Assembly (NCBI GenBank): GCA_038064895.1
Contig: JBBTSA010000010.1
Location: 118,616-182,615, forward strand
DNA from: Patescibacteria group bacterium
GTDB taxonomy: Bacteria > Patescibacteriota > Microgenomatia > Daviesbacterales > UBA10151
DNA length: 64,000 nt
Reading direction: 5' to 3'
Numbering within the stretch: the stretch's first letter is position 1; the number at the start of each line of letters is the position of its first letter. The notes beneath the pieces are model-generated. The model was not told the DNA's origin and did no database searches. It saw only the letters and a list, made by a program, of their open reading frames with translations. A program made the position numbers and the translations under genes. Positions 50,911 to 59,902 of this stretch are shown one piece after another.

Positions 50911-51651
50911 ATGAAAAAATATCTATATGAGGATCTATATCTTTTGGAAGAGAAACATTGGTGGCATATTTCAAAAAGAGAAGCAGTACTAAGTTTAATC
51001 AAGGAATATGCAAAAGGAAATAGAATTAAAATTCTAGATGTTGGTTGCGGGACTGGAAGGAATATGGAGGAATTTAAGAAGCTTGGGGATGTTTGGGGAT
51101 TAGATAGCTCTCTCATTGCTCTAAACTACTGTAGAAAAAGAGGGCTTAAGAATCTTAAGTTGGGGTCCGCCGAAAACACTTCACTGGAGACATCTTCCTT
51201 TGATGTAGTCACTCTACTTGATGTATTGGAGCATACAGATGATAATAAAACCTTAAAAGAAATGGCTCGTATTCTTAAGAGAAATGGAATTCTAATATTA
51301 ACTGTTCCAGCTTTTCCATGGCTGTGGAGTAAATGGGATGAAGTTCTACATCATAAAAGAAGATATACCATAAACACTTTTAAAAAAATGTTAGACTCTT
51401 ATGATTTTCATCCGGTTAAAATGACTTATCTGTATTCTTTTCTAGTCTTGCCCACATTAATTATTAGAAAAATTAAACAAAAATTTTCAAAAAATTTTTA
51501 TCCATCAGATTTTACATTATCAACTCCTCTTTTGAACTTCATATTGAATAATCTGTCAAGACTGGAGTTTTTTCTTTCAGGAAAATTTTATATACCCTTT
51601 GGTACATCTATTGTAGTAGTAGCAAAAAAGAATGATCAAAAAACTACCTAA
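50911..51651 (+). CDS. Class I SAM-dependent methyltransferase
   Basis: EEKHWW, ILDVGCGTG, DVLEH, TVPAF..WS..D...HH.RRY. Confidence 0.9.
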   Translation: MKKYLYEDLYLLEEKHWWHISKREAVLSLIKEYAKGNRIKILDVGCGTGRNMEEFKKLGDVWGLDSSLIALNYCRKRGLKNLKLGSAENTSLETSSFDVVTLLDVLEHTDDNKTLKEMARILKRNGILILTVPAFPWLWSKWDEVLHHKRRYTINTFKKMLDSYDFHPVKMTYLYSFLVLPTLIIRKIKQKFSKNFYPSDFTLSTPLLNFILNNLSRLEFFLSGKFYIPFGTSIVVVAKKNDQKTT

Positions 51652-52366
51652 ATTTCCTTTTATTTCTATAGTTATTCCTCTTTATAATGAGGAGAGAAGA
51701 GTTTCGAATTTATCGAAAATCTACAAATATTTTGATAGAACTAACTTAAAGTATGAAGTCATATTGATAAATGACGGAAGCAAGGATAAAACCCTTAGGA
51801 AATTAAATGAAATATCTAAAAATTTTAAGTTTAACCTTATTTCTTACTCCCAAAATCGAGGTAAAGGTTATGCCATAAGAGTGGGAATGATCAAGGCAAG
51901 GGGGCAATACAGATTATTTACTGATATAGATTTGTCTACCCCAATAGAAGAATTTAATAAATTTCTACCGAACTTAAAAGAATACGATATTATCATTGGC
52001 TCAAGAAAGAAGAGGGGGTCAAAACTAATTATCCGCCAACCAAAGCTGCGAGAAAAGTTAGGCAAAGGATTTACTAAATTATCTCAACTTTGTTTAGGAC
52101 TAAATTTAACAGATTTCACTTGTGGTTACAAATGTTTTTCCAAGGAAGCTACAAAAAAAATTTTTTCTAAACAGAGGATTAATCGCTGGGGGTTTGATAC
52201 AGAAATTCTCTTTATTGGTAAAAAAAAGGGGCTTTCTATTAAAGAGATTCCTGTAATTTGGAAAAACGACCCTGAAACTAAAGTTAAACTACCTTTGGAT
52301 ATTATTACCTCCTTTCTTGATCTTCTTAAAATCCGCTACGCAAGTTTCAGGAAGCTTTATGACTAA
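51632..52366 (+). CDS. Dolichyl/polyprenyl-phosphate beta-glucosyltransferase-like GT2 (ALG5-like)
   Basis: SIVIPLYNEE, NRGKG, FTDIDLSTP, D.TCGYK, WGFDTE. Confidence 0.88.
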   Translation: MIKKLPKFPFISIVIPLYNEERRVSNLSKIYKYFDRTNLKYEVILINDGSKDKTLRKLNEISKNFKFNLISYSQNRGKGYAIRVGMIKARGQYRLFTDIDLSTPIEEFNKFLPNLKEYDIIIGSRKKRGSKLIIRQPKLREKLGKGFTKLSQLCLGLNLTDFTCGYKCFSKEATKKIFSKQRINRWGFDTEILFIGKKKGLSIKEIPVIWKNDPETKVKLPLDIITSFLDLLKIRYASFRKLYD

Positions 52367-53316
52367 TCCCCCAACGCTTTAATCCATTTTATAATTGTTG
52401 GTACCTCTTTTTCCAGCTTTTTCTCAACTTTCCATCCCAAAATAGCTCTTGCTTTTTTAGAAGAGGGTACTCGACGTTTAATATCATATTTAAACGGGCG
52501 GACATATTTTACCTTAAAGGGCCTTTTTATATTACATTTTCCCCAAAGCAATTTTGCTAAATCAATCATCCTGATCTCTTTTTCAGAACCGATATTAAAA
52601 TCCTCATTTGTTGCTCTTTCAGACTCTATTGCTAAAATAATTCCTCTGGCAATATCTGAAACATGAGTAAAGCACCTGGTTTGTTGACCATTTCCCAAAA
52701 GTTCTAAAGGATATTGACCGGATAGAATTTTTTTAATTAGATCCGGTATAACATGTGCATAACCAACCTCCTCCCCTGGTGCTTCATTAATACCGTAAGC
52801 ATTAAATGGTCTAATGATAGTATAGTTTAATCCATATTCATCATGAAATGCCTTACAATACCATTCTCCTACTAATTTTGAGAATCCATAACTACTCACA
52901 GGTGGTGGAATTTTTTCTAAATCACTTTCTTTACTGGGAAATTTTTTTGTTGACTCAAAAACCATTGATGAGGAAAGATAAATTATTCTTTTTATTTTTT
53001 TTTCAACTGCCGCCTCAAAAACAGCAGAGTACATTTTGTTATTTTCAGAAAGAATTGTTGCCGGGTATTTGTGGAAATATCCAATACCCCCAATTTTAGC
53101 AGCCAAATGGATACAAATATCCATCCCATCCAAGGCCTTTAATGCAACTTCTTTATTCGTAAGATCAATTTTTAAAAATTCACATTTAAGAAGAACCTTA
53201 GCTTCTTTCTTGCTTAAATCATCAGCTACTCTAACCTTATATCCTTTTTCAAGTAACTGTTTAACAACTTCACTGCCTATAAAACCAGCTCCTCCAGTCA
53301 CCAAAACTTTAGTCAT
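52363..53316 (-). CDS. NAD-dependent epimerase/dehydratase (possibly UDP-uronate decarboxylase/epimerase)
   Basis: TGGAGFIG, SSSMVFE, YGFSK, RPFNAYG. Lies downstream of a nucleotide-sugar dehydrogenase. Confidence 0.9.
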   Translation of the reverse strand: MTKVLVTGGAGFIGSEVVKQLLEKGYKVRVADDLSKKEAKVLLKCEFLKIDLTNKEVALKALDGMDICIHLAAKIGGIGYFHKYPATILSENNKMYSAVFEAAVEKKIKRIIYLSSSMVFESTKKFPSKESDLEKIPPPVSSYGFSKLVGEWYCKAFHDEYGLNYTIIRPFNAYGINEAPGEEVGYAHVIPDLIKKILSGQYPLELLGNGQQTRCFTHVSDIARGIILAIESERATNEDFNIGSEKEIRMIDLAKLLWGKCNIKRPFKVKYVRPFKYDIKRRVPSSKKARAILGWKVEKKLEKEVPTIIKWIKALGD

Positions 53317-53321
53317 CTTAT

Positions 53322-54572
53322 CTATTTTATATCCTTAAGGGAAAAAATAATCTTTCCAGTACCAAACACATTCCAAATATCACAAACCAAACAATTTTTA
53401 GCCACCAATTTTTTTAAAGTACTCAATTTGAGTTTATAAAATTGATTGTGGTTTGTAGCTAATATAACTACATCAGAGTCTCTTAAGGTTTCGGTAAGAG
53501 GTGAGGATGGTATAAATGGATCAGAAGATAATACTTTTGCACCCTCGGTCATTAAGTAATTTTGCAACTTTAAAGATAATGAATACCTCATATCATCTAT
53601 GTTCTTTTTAAAGGCTAGTCCTAGTAATGCTACTTTTTTACCAACCAAGTTACCTAATCTTTCCTTAATTTTATGTAGTATAAATCCAGGAATATTTTCA
53701 TTTAATCTCCAAGCGGCCGCGACCAAATCCAAATACGGGCTTTTATCTAGCAAGAAAAAACCATCCTTAACTAGACAAGGACCCGCTGTAAACCCTGGTC
53801 CCTTTAATCCACCTCTTTTATATCCATCATTAACTAATCTTAATATTTCATAAATATCTCTTTGATGATCATCTGCAATGAGTAAGAATTCATTCCCTAT
53901 TGCAAAATCAATATAGCGATACATATTGGAATAAAGTTTTGCCAATTCTGCAGATCTTGAATCTGTGTAAAGTATTTTCTTAGTTAATTTTTGAAAAATT
54001 TTGGCAGCTATTTTAGCGCTCTCTCGATCTACTGTTCCAATAATTTGTGGTATCTCATATAGTTCCTCAACTGCTTTGCCTTCGGCAATCCTTTCAGGAC
54101 AATAGGCAAGATACAAATCTTTCCCCACCTTCCAATTGTATTTTTCTAACAGATATCTATCAATATATTCAGTCGTTCCTGGAGTAACAGTGCTCCTTAA
54201 AACCAGCAGTTGCTTTTTTTTAAAATGTGAAGAAAACTTCTCTAGAAATCCTGTTACTTGGGTAACATCTGGACTGAAATTATCACTCATCGGGGTACCA
54301 AGGGTAAGAATAATCGCAGAAGATTGAGATAAAATTTTTGCAAGTTCATTCTCATGTCTAACTACAAATCCATTATTGTATAGCTTTTTCAGAAGTGGTT
54401 CTGCTCCTTCTTCTGTAAATGGCAAATGACCTTTACTGATAGTCTCAAGTAACTTTGTTGATACATCAACGCCTACTACATTGAATCCTTCATTTGCTAA
54501 TACTAAGGCAAGTGGTAATCCTACTCTGCCAATTCCCACAATGATCAAATTTTTGTTTAATAACTGACCCAT
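53322..54572 (-). CDS. Nucleotide-sugar 6-dehydrogenase (UDP-Glc/UDP-GlcNAc/GDP-Man family)
   Basis: GIGRVGLP, RSTVTPG, CPERI, AELAK, GPCLVKD (catalytic Cys), GLAFK. Confidence 0.92.
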   Translation of the reverse strand: MGQLLNKNLIIVGIGRVGLPLALVLANEGFNVVGVDVSTKLLETISKGHLPFTEEGAEPLLKKLYNNGFVVRHENELAKILSQSSAIILTLGTPMSDNFSPDVTQVTGFLEKFSSHFKKKQLLVLRSTVTPGTTEYIDRYLLEKYNWKVGKDLYLAYCPERIAEGKAVEELYEIPQIIGTVDRESAKIAAKIFQKLTKKILYTDSRSAELAKLYSNMYRYIDFAIGNEFLLIADDHQRDIYEILRLVNDGYKRGGLKGPGFTAGPCLVKDGFFLLDKSPYLDLVAAAWRLNENIPGFILHKIKERLGNLVGKKVALLGLAFKKNIDDMRYSLSLKLQNYLMTEGAKVLSSDPFIPSSPLTETLRDSDVVILATNHNQFYKLKLSTLKKLVAKNCLVCDIWNVFGTGKIIFSLKDIK

Positions 54573-54663
54573 ATTTTTAGGATATTAAACTAATTAACTT
54601 ACAAAATCAACACAGATTGACTTCTGTTTGTGGTTTCTGATAATGTATCCTTCCAAAAGAGAA

Positions 54664-55416
54664 ATGAAAATAAAAAAAATAGTTAGTATAATTCTCACCT
54701 CTTATAATGAGGAAAAAAATATTGGAAGAACAATAAAAGATTGCAAAACTTTACAAAAATTTTTCCCAATTGAAATAATCGTGGTTGATGCCGCATCAAA
54801 AGATAAAACAATAGAAATTGCAAAAAAAATGAGGGTTGACAGGATTATTCAGTTTCCCTTTAAACGAGGCAAAGGTGCAGATTTTTGGGTAGCAGGTTGT
54901 GTTGCAAAAGGTGATTACATAATTCAGATAGATGCAGATCACCAATTTCAACCCTATGAAATTCCTTTGTTTGTTGATTCATTAAACAAAAGGGCTGATA
55001 TTGTGATAGGAACAAGATTTGGTGGAGGAAAAATTGAAAAGGGATCTGTAAGTTTCAGAAACCTTTTTGGTAATTGGCTTATGTCTTTGGCAACTTCAAT
55101 AGCATGTGGAAGGAGAATAACAGATGTAATGGCAGGTTTTAAAGGATTTAGAAGAGAAGCTTTTTTAGCACTGGATTTACAAGAAAGACATTTTGAATAT
55201 GAAGCGGAAACAGTTACCAAGGCAGTGAAAATGGGAATGAATTTGGAACAAATTCCAATTACCTATACAAAAAGGGTGGGAGGAGTCTCCGGCATCAAGG
55301 CTATACGGGATGGTTTAAATGTATGCAAAGCCATTGTAAAAGTTTACTTTAGTAATTTACCAAATTATCATGAACTCTTTGCTAAATCCTCTTTAAAACA
55401 TAAACCTCATTATTGA
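54664..55416 (+). CDS. DPM1-like GT2 (polyprenol-phosphate sugar synthase)
   Basis: YNEE, RGKG, IDADHQ, IGTRF, TDVMAGFKG, FEYEAE. Confidence 0.88.
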   Translation: MKIKKIVSIILTSYNEEKNIGRTIKDCKTLQKFFPIEIIVVDAASKDKTIEIAKKMRVDRIIQFPFKRGKGADFWVAGCVAKGDYIIQIDADHQFQPYEIPLFVDSLNKRADIVIGTRFGGGKIEKGSVSFRNLFGNWLMSLATSIACGRRITDVMAGFKGFRREAFLALDLQERHFEYEAETVTKAVKMGMNLEQIPITYTKRVGGVSGIKAIRDGLNVCKAIVKVYFSNLPNYHELFAKSSLKHKPHY

Positions 55417-57733
55417 GACCTTTCCATATTAGTTTAGTTTGACAACGACAAACTGCCTTAGGATCTCTATTCTTACCTAAAACTAAGTAATCGTAATCAT
55501 CCTCATCCCTCAAAGGATGAGAGTTAATATTTGCTTCCACATTGAGATAAACTCCTGACTGCGGTAGAAAATATATTTCTTTGTCTCTTAAGCTAAAAAT
55601 AACTGCTCTCCTTAAAAAGGGGGGGTTAAAATATTCTTCATTATCAATGTAAATCTTTCCAGATGCTTCAAAAACCTCCTTAAACTCATTAAAAGTTCCT
55701 TCTATTTCTTGACCTTGCGCCAGATATTTATCGGTAATCAGATAAATTTTTTCCCAATCCGTTTCAACATTTGAGTTATCGAATAACTTTATAAAAAATT
55801 CTTCGTTTTGTAACTGCGCTTTTCTAATTTCAGGTAAAGTTTCAAAGTAGCTAGCATCTATTAGTAAAGTGGAGATTTTAAGTTTACGAAGTACTAGAGG
55901 ACTTAAATATACTGCTATATCAAAATATTCCGGAGAGGCCTCGATTGTATATGCTCTAAAATCTCCAGGAAAAATAGGAGCAAATACTCCCGCTTCCACT
56001 AATGCTCTTGACATGCCACTTGGATGAGGGGTACGGATATCTAAAACAACAACTCTGCTGTTATAAGGCAGATTATTTTTCATCCATTTGATACCTTCGC
56101 TACTTTTTTGGGGACTTGGTACCAGTTGATTCTCTCCAAATCTGGTTTTAGACAAAAGGGCAAGGGGAGGAATAATAGTGGGGACAAAAAGCCACAAAAT
56201 GAAAATAAAAAATAAAATTTTTTTTAAAAAAAATCCCTGTCTGATAAATTTGATGCTCTTTAGTAAAGTCAAGCAAATGACTAAAGAAAAAACCAAAAAA
56301 GAAAAAGATAAAAATCTATTGCCATTTGCCACTAAAAATTTAGGGACCAAAACATTGTATGCAACAAGCGAGGTGAAACCGGCAATAAATATAGTAAGCA
56401 ATAATATAAAGTACTTAAATTCAGTCCTAAGAATAATCAATATTAAAATGTTTATTAAAATTAGTAGATCTAGTCCTGCATGAAACCAACGAAGGCCTAA
56501 CCATTCATCTTTTACAGGCAGTGTTTTGGATATCGCCTGGTAATAATGATAAGAAGTAAAATCTTCCTTTATATCCTCTTTTTTGGGAAATACTATTACT
56601 GATTCTTCTTTTATTTTGGAAGGGCCAGTTGCAGAAGTAATAATACCACCCTGAAATAATATGATTAAAGATGTTAATACTCCCAGTAACATTAAAACCT
56701 TAAGATTTTTAAAAAGCGTTCCTTTATTTTTTTCTATTAATAATACACCCACAAATATTGCCGGAGCGGTAGCTACAAAAATTGACTCACTAACTAGAGC
56801 CAGCGTTGATAAACCCACAGATAAAGTAGTCCAAGTTGCTAAAGAATTATTTTTCCTATAATAAATTAGTATTGCTAAAATTGATAAAAAAATCGAAAGA
56901 CCAAATGAGTGAAAAATAAAGTAGATTAAGGCATCTAAGTTTATTGGTGCTCCATATACTTCGATTGACTGATTTACAGTCGGTAGGTTTCTAAGGAATA
57001 TAATAAGCTCATTAAAATTATGAATATTTGGCAAATGAATAGGAAAATTAGGTATTAAGAGGTAGAAAAAACCAAAACTTACAAACAAAGTAAGGCCTGC
57101 CAAATTAGCGAGTAAAAATGATAGCAGATCCTTAGATCTACCCCAAATCCAAATAAATATTTGGACACTACATAGTATAAACAGAGTAGAGAAAAAAAGG
57201 TGTAAAAATTTGAAGTCCAGTCCGGTAAACAGGTAAAATGCTCCCAAAAGTTCCGATGTACCCAAATGATACAAGAGAGGTAAATCTGGCTGCCAAGGGG
57301 TCAGGGAAGGAAAATTTCCTTTTATAAAAGTGTGTGCAACCCCGTAGTAAAGATTAGTATCGCTACCAATTAATGCATAACTACCTTTCCAGACCAAAAA
57401 GCTACCCCAAAAAACTAAGGAGGCAATATATAAAAGAAGTAACTTTCCGCCAGGAAATACCACTTTTGATAATCCCCTACTTAAATAAAAAATAATTGAT
57501 AAAGAAATCAAAATGAAATATGAAAATATTGCCCCGGTTAATCCTTTGATAAAAAAGGAGGTAATGTTTAGGCTAAAGATAAACAGCAATATACCGAAAA
57601 TGCTTCCCACCGGTAATAATAATTCAAATCTTTCTATGGAGGAGGTTTTTCGAAGTATTATTATTCCTGCAATTATTAAAGGAAGTAAAAGCACAAACAG
57701 TAAAAGATAAAAATACAGTGATTGAGTAAACAT
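55382..57733 (-). CDS. Large polytopic GT-C-like membrane protein (family A, copy 3)
   Basis: SDTNLY..KGNFP..PWQPD..YH, SES, LVPK..NGNR, DPKAVCRC. Confidence 0.75.
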   Translation of the reverse strand: MFTQSLYFYLLLFVLLLPLIIAGIIILRKTSSIERFELLLPVGSIFGILLFIFSLNITSFFIKGLTGAIFSYFILISLSIIFYLSRGLSKVVFPGGKLLLLYIASLVFWGSFLVWKGSYALIGSDTNLYYGVAHTFIKGNFPSLTPWQPDLPLLYHLGTSELLGAFYLFTGLDFKFLHLFFSTLFILCSVQIFIWIWGRSKDLLSFLLANLAGLTLFVSFGFFYLLIPNFPIHLPNIHNFNELIIFLRNLPTVNQSIEVYGAPINLDALIYFIFHSFGLSIFLSILAILIYYRKNNSLATWTTLSVGLSTLALVSESIFVATAPAIFVGVLLIEKNKGTLFKNLKVLMLLGVLTSLIILFQGGIITSATGPSKIKEESVIVFPKKEDIKEDFTSYHYYQAISKTLPVKDEWLGLRWFHAGLDLLILINILILIILRTEFKYFILLLTIFIAGFTSLVAYNVLVPKFLVANGNRFLSFSFLVFSLVICLTLLKSIKFIRQGFFLKKILFFIFILWLFVPTIIPPLALLSKTRFGENQLVPSPQKSSEGIKWMKNNLPYNSRVVVLDIRTPHPSGMSRALVEAGVFAPIFPGDFRAYTIEASPEYFDIAVYLSPLVLRKLKISTLLIDASYFETLPEIRKAQLQNEEFFIKLFDNSNVETDWEKIYLITDKYLAQGQEIEGTFNEFKEVFEASGKIYIDNEEYFNPPFLRRAVIFSLRDKEIYFLPQSGVYLNVEANINSHPLRDEDDYDYLVLGKNRDPKAVCRCQTKLIWKGLNNEVYVLKRI

Positions 57734-57762
57734 ATAATTTGATATACTATACTACCAAACCG

Positions 57763-58710
57763 ATGAAAAATAAAAAATATCAAAATATTTTAGTAACAGG
57801 GGGTGCAGGTTGTGTCGGATCAACTTTAGTTCCCCTACTGCTAAAAGCAGGTTATAAAGTAAGAGTTCTAGATAATTTAATGTATGGGGGTATGGGACTG
57901 TTAACCAATTTCTCAAATCCCAACTTTGAGGTGATCATTGGGGATATTAGAAATAAGACAGTCGTTACATCTGCATTAAAGAATATGCATGCTATTATCC
58001 ATTTGGCAGCAATAGTTGGTTATCCGGCTTGTGATAAATATCCCCGTGAAGCACAGGAGATAAACTATCAAGCCACGAAACAGCTAAATGAACTAAGAGG
58101 CAAAAATCAATTGCTTATCTTTGCTTCAACAGGAAGCAATTATGGTCATGTGGAATCCGGAATGTGTACAGAGGAAACTCCCCTTGCACCTCTTACTAAT
58201 TACGGAAGAAGTAAAACAAAGGCCGAAGAAGCTATCGTAACTTCTCCAAACGTCATCATTTATAGATTTGCCACTGCATTTGGTTTGTCTCCAAGATTAA
58301 GGCTTGATCTTTTTATCAACGATCTTACTTATCAAGCCCTCAAGACTAAACATTTAGTTATATATGAAAAAGATTATAGAAGAACATTTATTCATGTTAA
58401 AGATATGGCTAAATCTTTCATATTTGCTTTGGAAAATAGTTCAAAAATGATAGGTCAAACTTATAATGTCGGCGATGAATCAATGAATTTAAAAAAAGAA
58501 GATATAGTAAATATTTTACTTCAAAAACTGGAATTTATATTAAACTTTACTGACTCTGGTAGAGATGCTGATCAAAGAAATTACGCAGTTGATTATTCTA
58601 AAATTAAAAAACTTGGATTTAAAACAGATATTTCAATTGAGAATGGAACTGATGAGATGATTAATGCCTTCAAAGTTGTAACTATCAAAAACCCCTACTC
58701 TAATTATTAA
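57763..58710 (+). CDS. NAD-dependent nucleotide-sugar epimerase/dehydratase
   Basis: TGGAGCVG, LAAIVG.P.C, YGRSK, RFATAFGLSPRLRLDL, DQRNY. Confidence 0.9.
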   Translation: MKNKKYQNILVTGGAGCVGSTLVPLLLKAGYKVRVLDNLMYGGMGLLTNFSNPNFEVIIGDIRNKTVVTSALKNMHAIIHLAAIVGYPACDKYPREAQEINYQATKQLNELRGKNQLLIFASTGSNYGHVESGMCTEETPLAPLTNYGRSKTKAEEAIVTSPNVIIYRFATAFGLSPRLRLDLFINDLTYQALKTKHLVIYEKDYRRTFIHVKDMAKSFIFALENSSKMIGQTYNVGDESMNLKKEDIVNILLQKLEFILNFTDSGRDADQRNYAVDYSKIKKLGFKTDISIENGTDEMINAFKVVTIKNPYSNY

Positions 58711-58715
58711 AGCCT

Positions 58716-59897
58716 ATGATCAAACTTATTAAATCAACCTTCCTAAATGAGTCAGAGGTCAAGAAAAAATTAGTCGAGTTTATTGTAAAAACAGAAATTT
58801 TGAGTATGGGAAAGGAGTGTCAAGAATTTGAGGAAAGCTTTACTAAATATCAAGAAAGAAAATATGCTGTCCTGGTAAACAGCGGTAGTTCAGCTAATCT
58901 TGCTTTAATTCAATCATTACTTAATCTTGGACGCCTTAAAAAAAGTGATCTTATTGGGTTTTCTGCGCTTACTTGGTCAACCAATACTATGCCGCTTTTG
59001 CAGCTTGGATTAAATCCAATACCAATAGATGTTGAAATTGATACTCTAAATATATGTAGTAAAACATTACTAAAAACCCTTAAGAAATATAAGCTACAAG
59101 CCCTATTTATAACTAACCTTTTGGGCTTTTGTGATGACATTGATAAAATCCAGCAAATTTGTAAGAAAAATAAAGTTTTGTTGATAGAGGATAATTGCGA
59201 ATCTTTAGGAACTGTTTATAAAGGTAAGAAATTGGGTAACTTTTCTCTTGCAAGCACTTGCTCGTTTTATGTTGCACATCATTTATCTACAATTGAGGGA
59301 GGGATTATCTGCACGGATGATAAGCAGTTAGCTAATATGCTTAAAATTGTCAGAGCTCATGGTTGGGATAGAAATCTCGATCAAGAAAGTCAAAAAATAT
59401 TACGCATAAATAATAAAGTTTCTGACTTTTATGCAAAATATACCTTCTATGATTTAGGTTATAACATAAGACCCACGGAGATTACAGGTTTTTTAGGAAA
59501 TTGCCAAATTGGATTTATAGATCAAGCGAACAAAAAAAGAGAGCAAAACTTTTTTAAACTTGCTAAAGTTATCTATTCTCAAACGGATAAATATTATCCT
59601 ATGAGATTTAATCATATTGAATTTTTATCAAATTTTGCAGTACCTGTTGTGTGTAAATCGAAAAGAATACTAAAAGATCTTCTAAAAAGATCTGCGGATA
59701 TAATAGAAGTCCGGCCAATTGAAGGAGGAGATATGACAGAACAACCCTTTTTTCAAAAATATCTTACAAATGTAAATAAAAATCTAGTTAATCCTAATGC
59801 TAGGGTAATACATAATCAGGGACTTTTTTTTGGAAACAATCCGGATTTAACAAAAAAAGAATTGAAGACAATTATAAATATTTTTAGCAACAATTAG
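58716..59897 (+). CDS. colD: GDP-4-keto-6-deoxymannose 3-dehydratase-like (ColD-type DegT member)
   Basis: His replaces the Schiff-base Lys (SFYVAHHLSTIEGG). NSGSSAN, WST, NLLG, EDNCES, RAHGW.RNL, GYNIRPTE. Confidence 0.75.
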   Translation: MIKLIKSTFLNESEVKKKLVEFIVKTEILSMGKECQEFEESFTKYQERKYAVLVNSGSSANLALIQSLLNLGRLKKSDLIGFSALTWSTNTMPLLQLGLNPIPIDVEIDTLNICSKTLLKTLKKYKLQALFITNLLGFCDDIDKIQQICKKNKVLLIEDNCESLGTVYKGKKLGNFSLASTCSFYVAHHLSTIEGGIICTDDKQLANMLKIVRAHGWDRNLDQESQKILRINNKVSDFYAKYTFYDLGYNIRPTEITGFLGNCQIGFIDQANKKREQNFFKLAKVIYSQTDKYYPMRFNHIEFLSNFAVPVVCKSKRILKDLLKRSADIIEVRPIEGGDMTEQPFFQKYLTNVNKNLVNPNARVIHNQGLFFGNNPDLTKKELKTIINIFSNN

Positions 59898-59902
59898 CCT
59901 AC

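Noticed and set aside
317-56861. Numerous 60-200 aa ORFs in the track (e.g. 1817..2422+, 27381..27785+, 6126..6473+, 53036..53338+, 56178..56483+)
   Set aside because: They lie fully inside or antisense to well-supported CDS and show no recognisable motifs; they are shadow ORFs.
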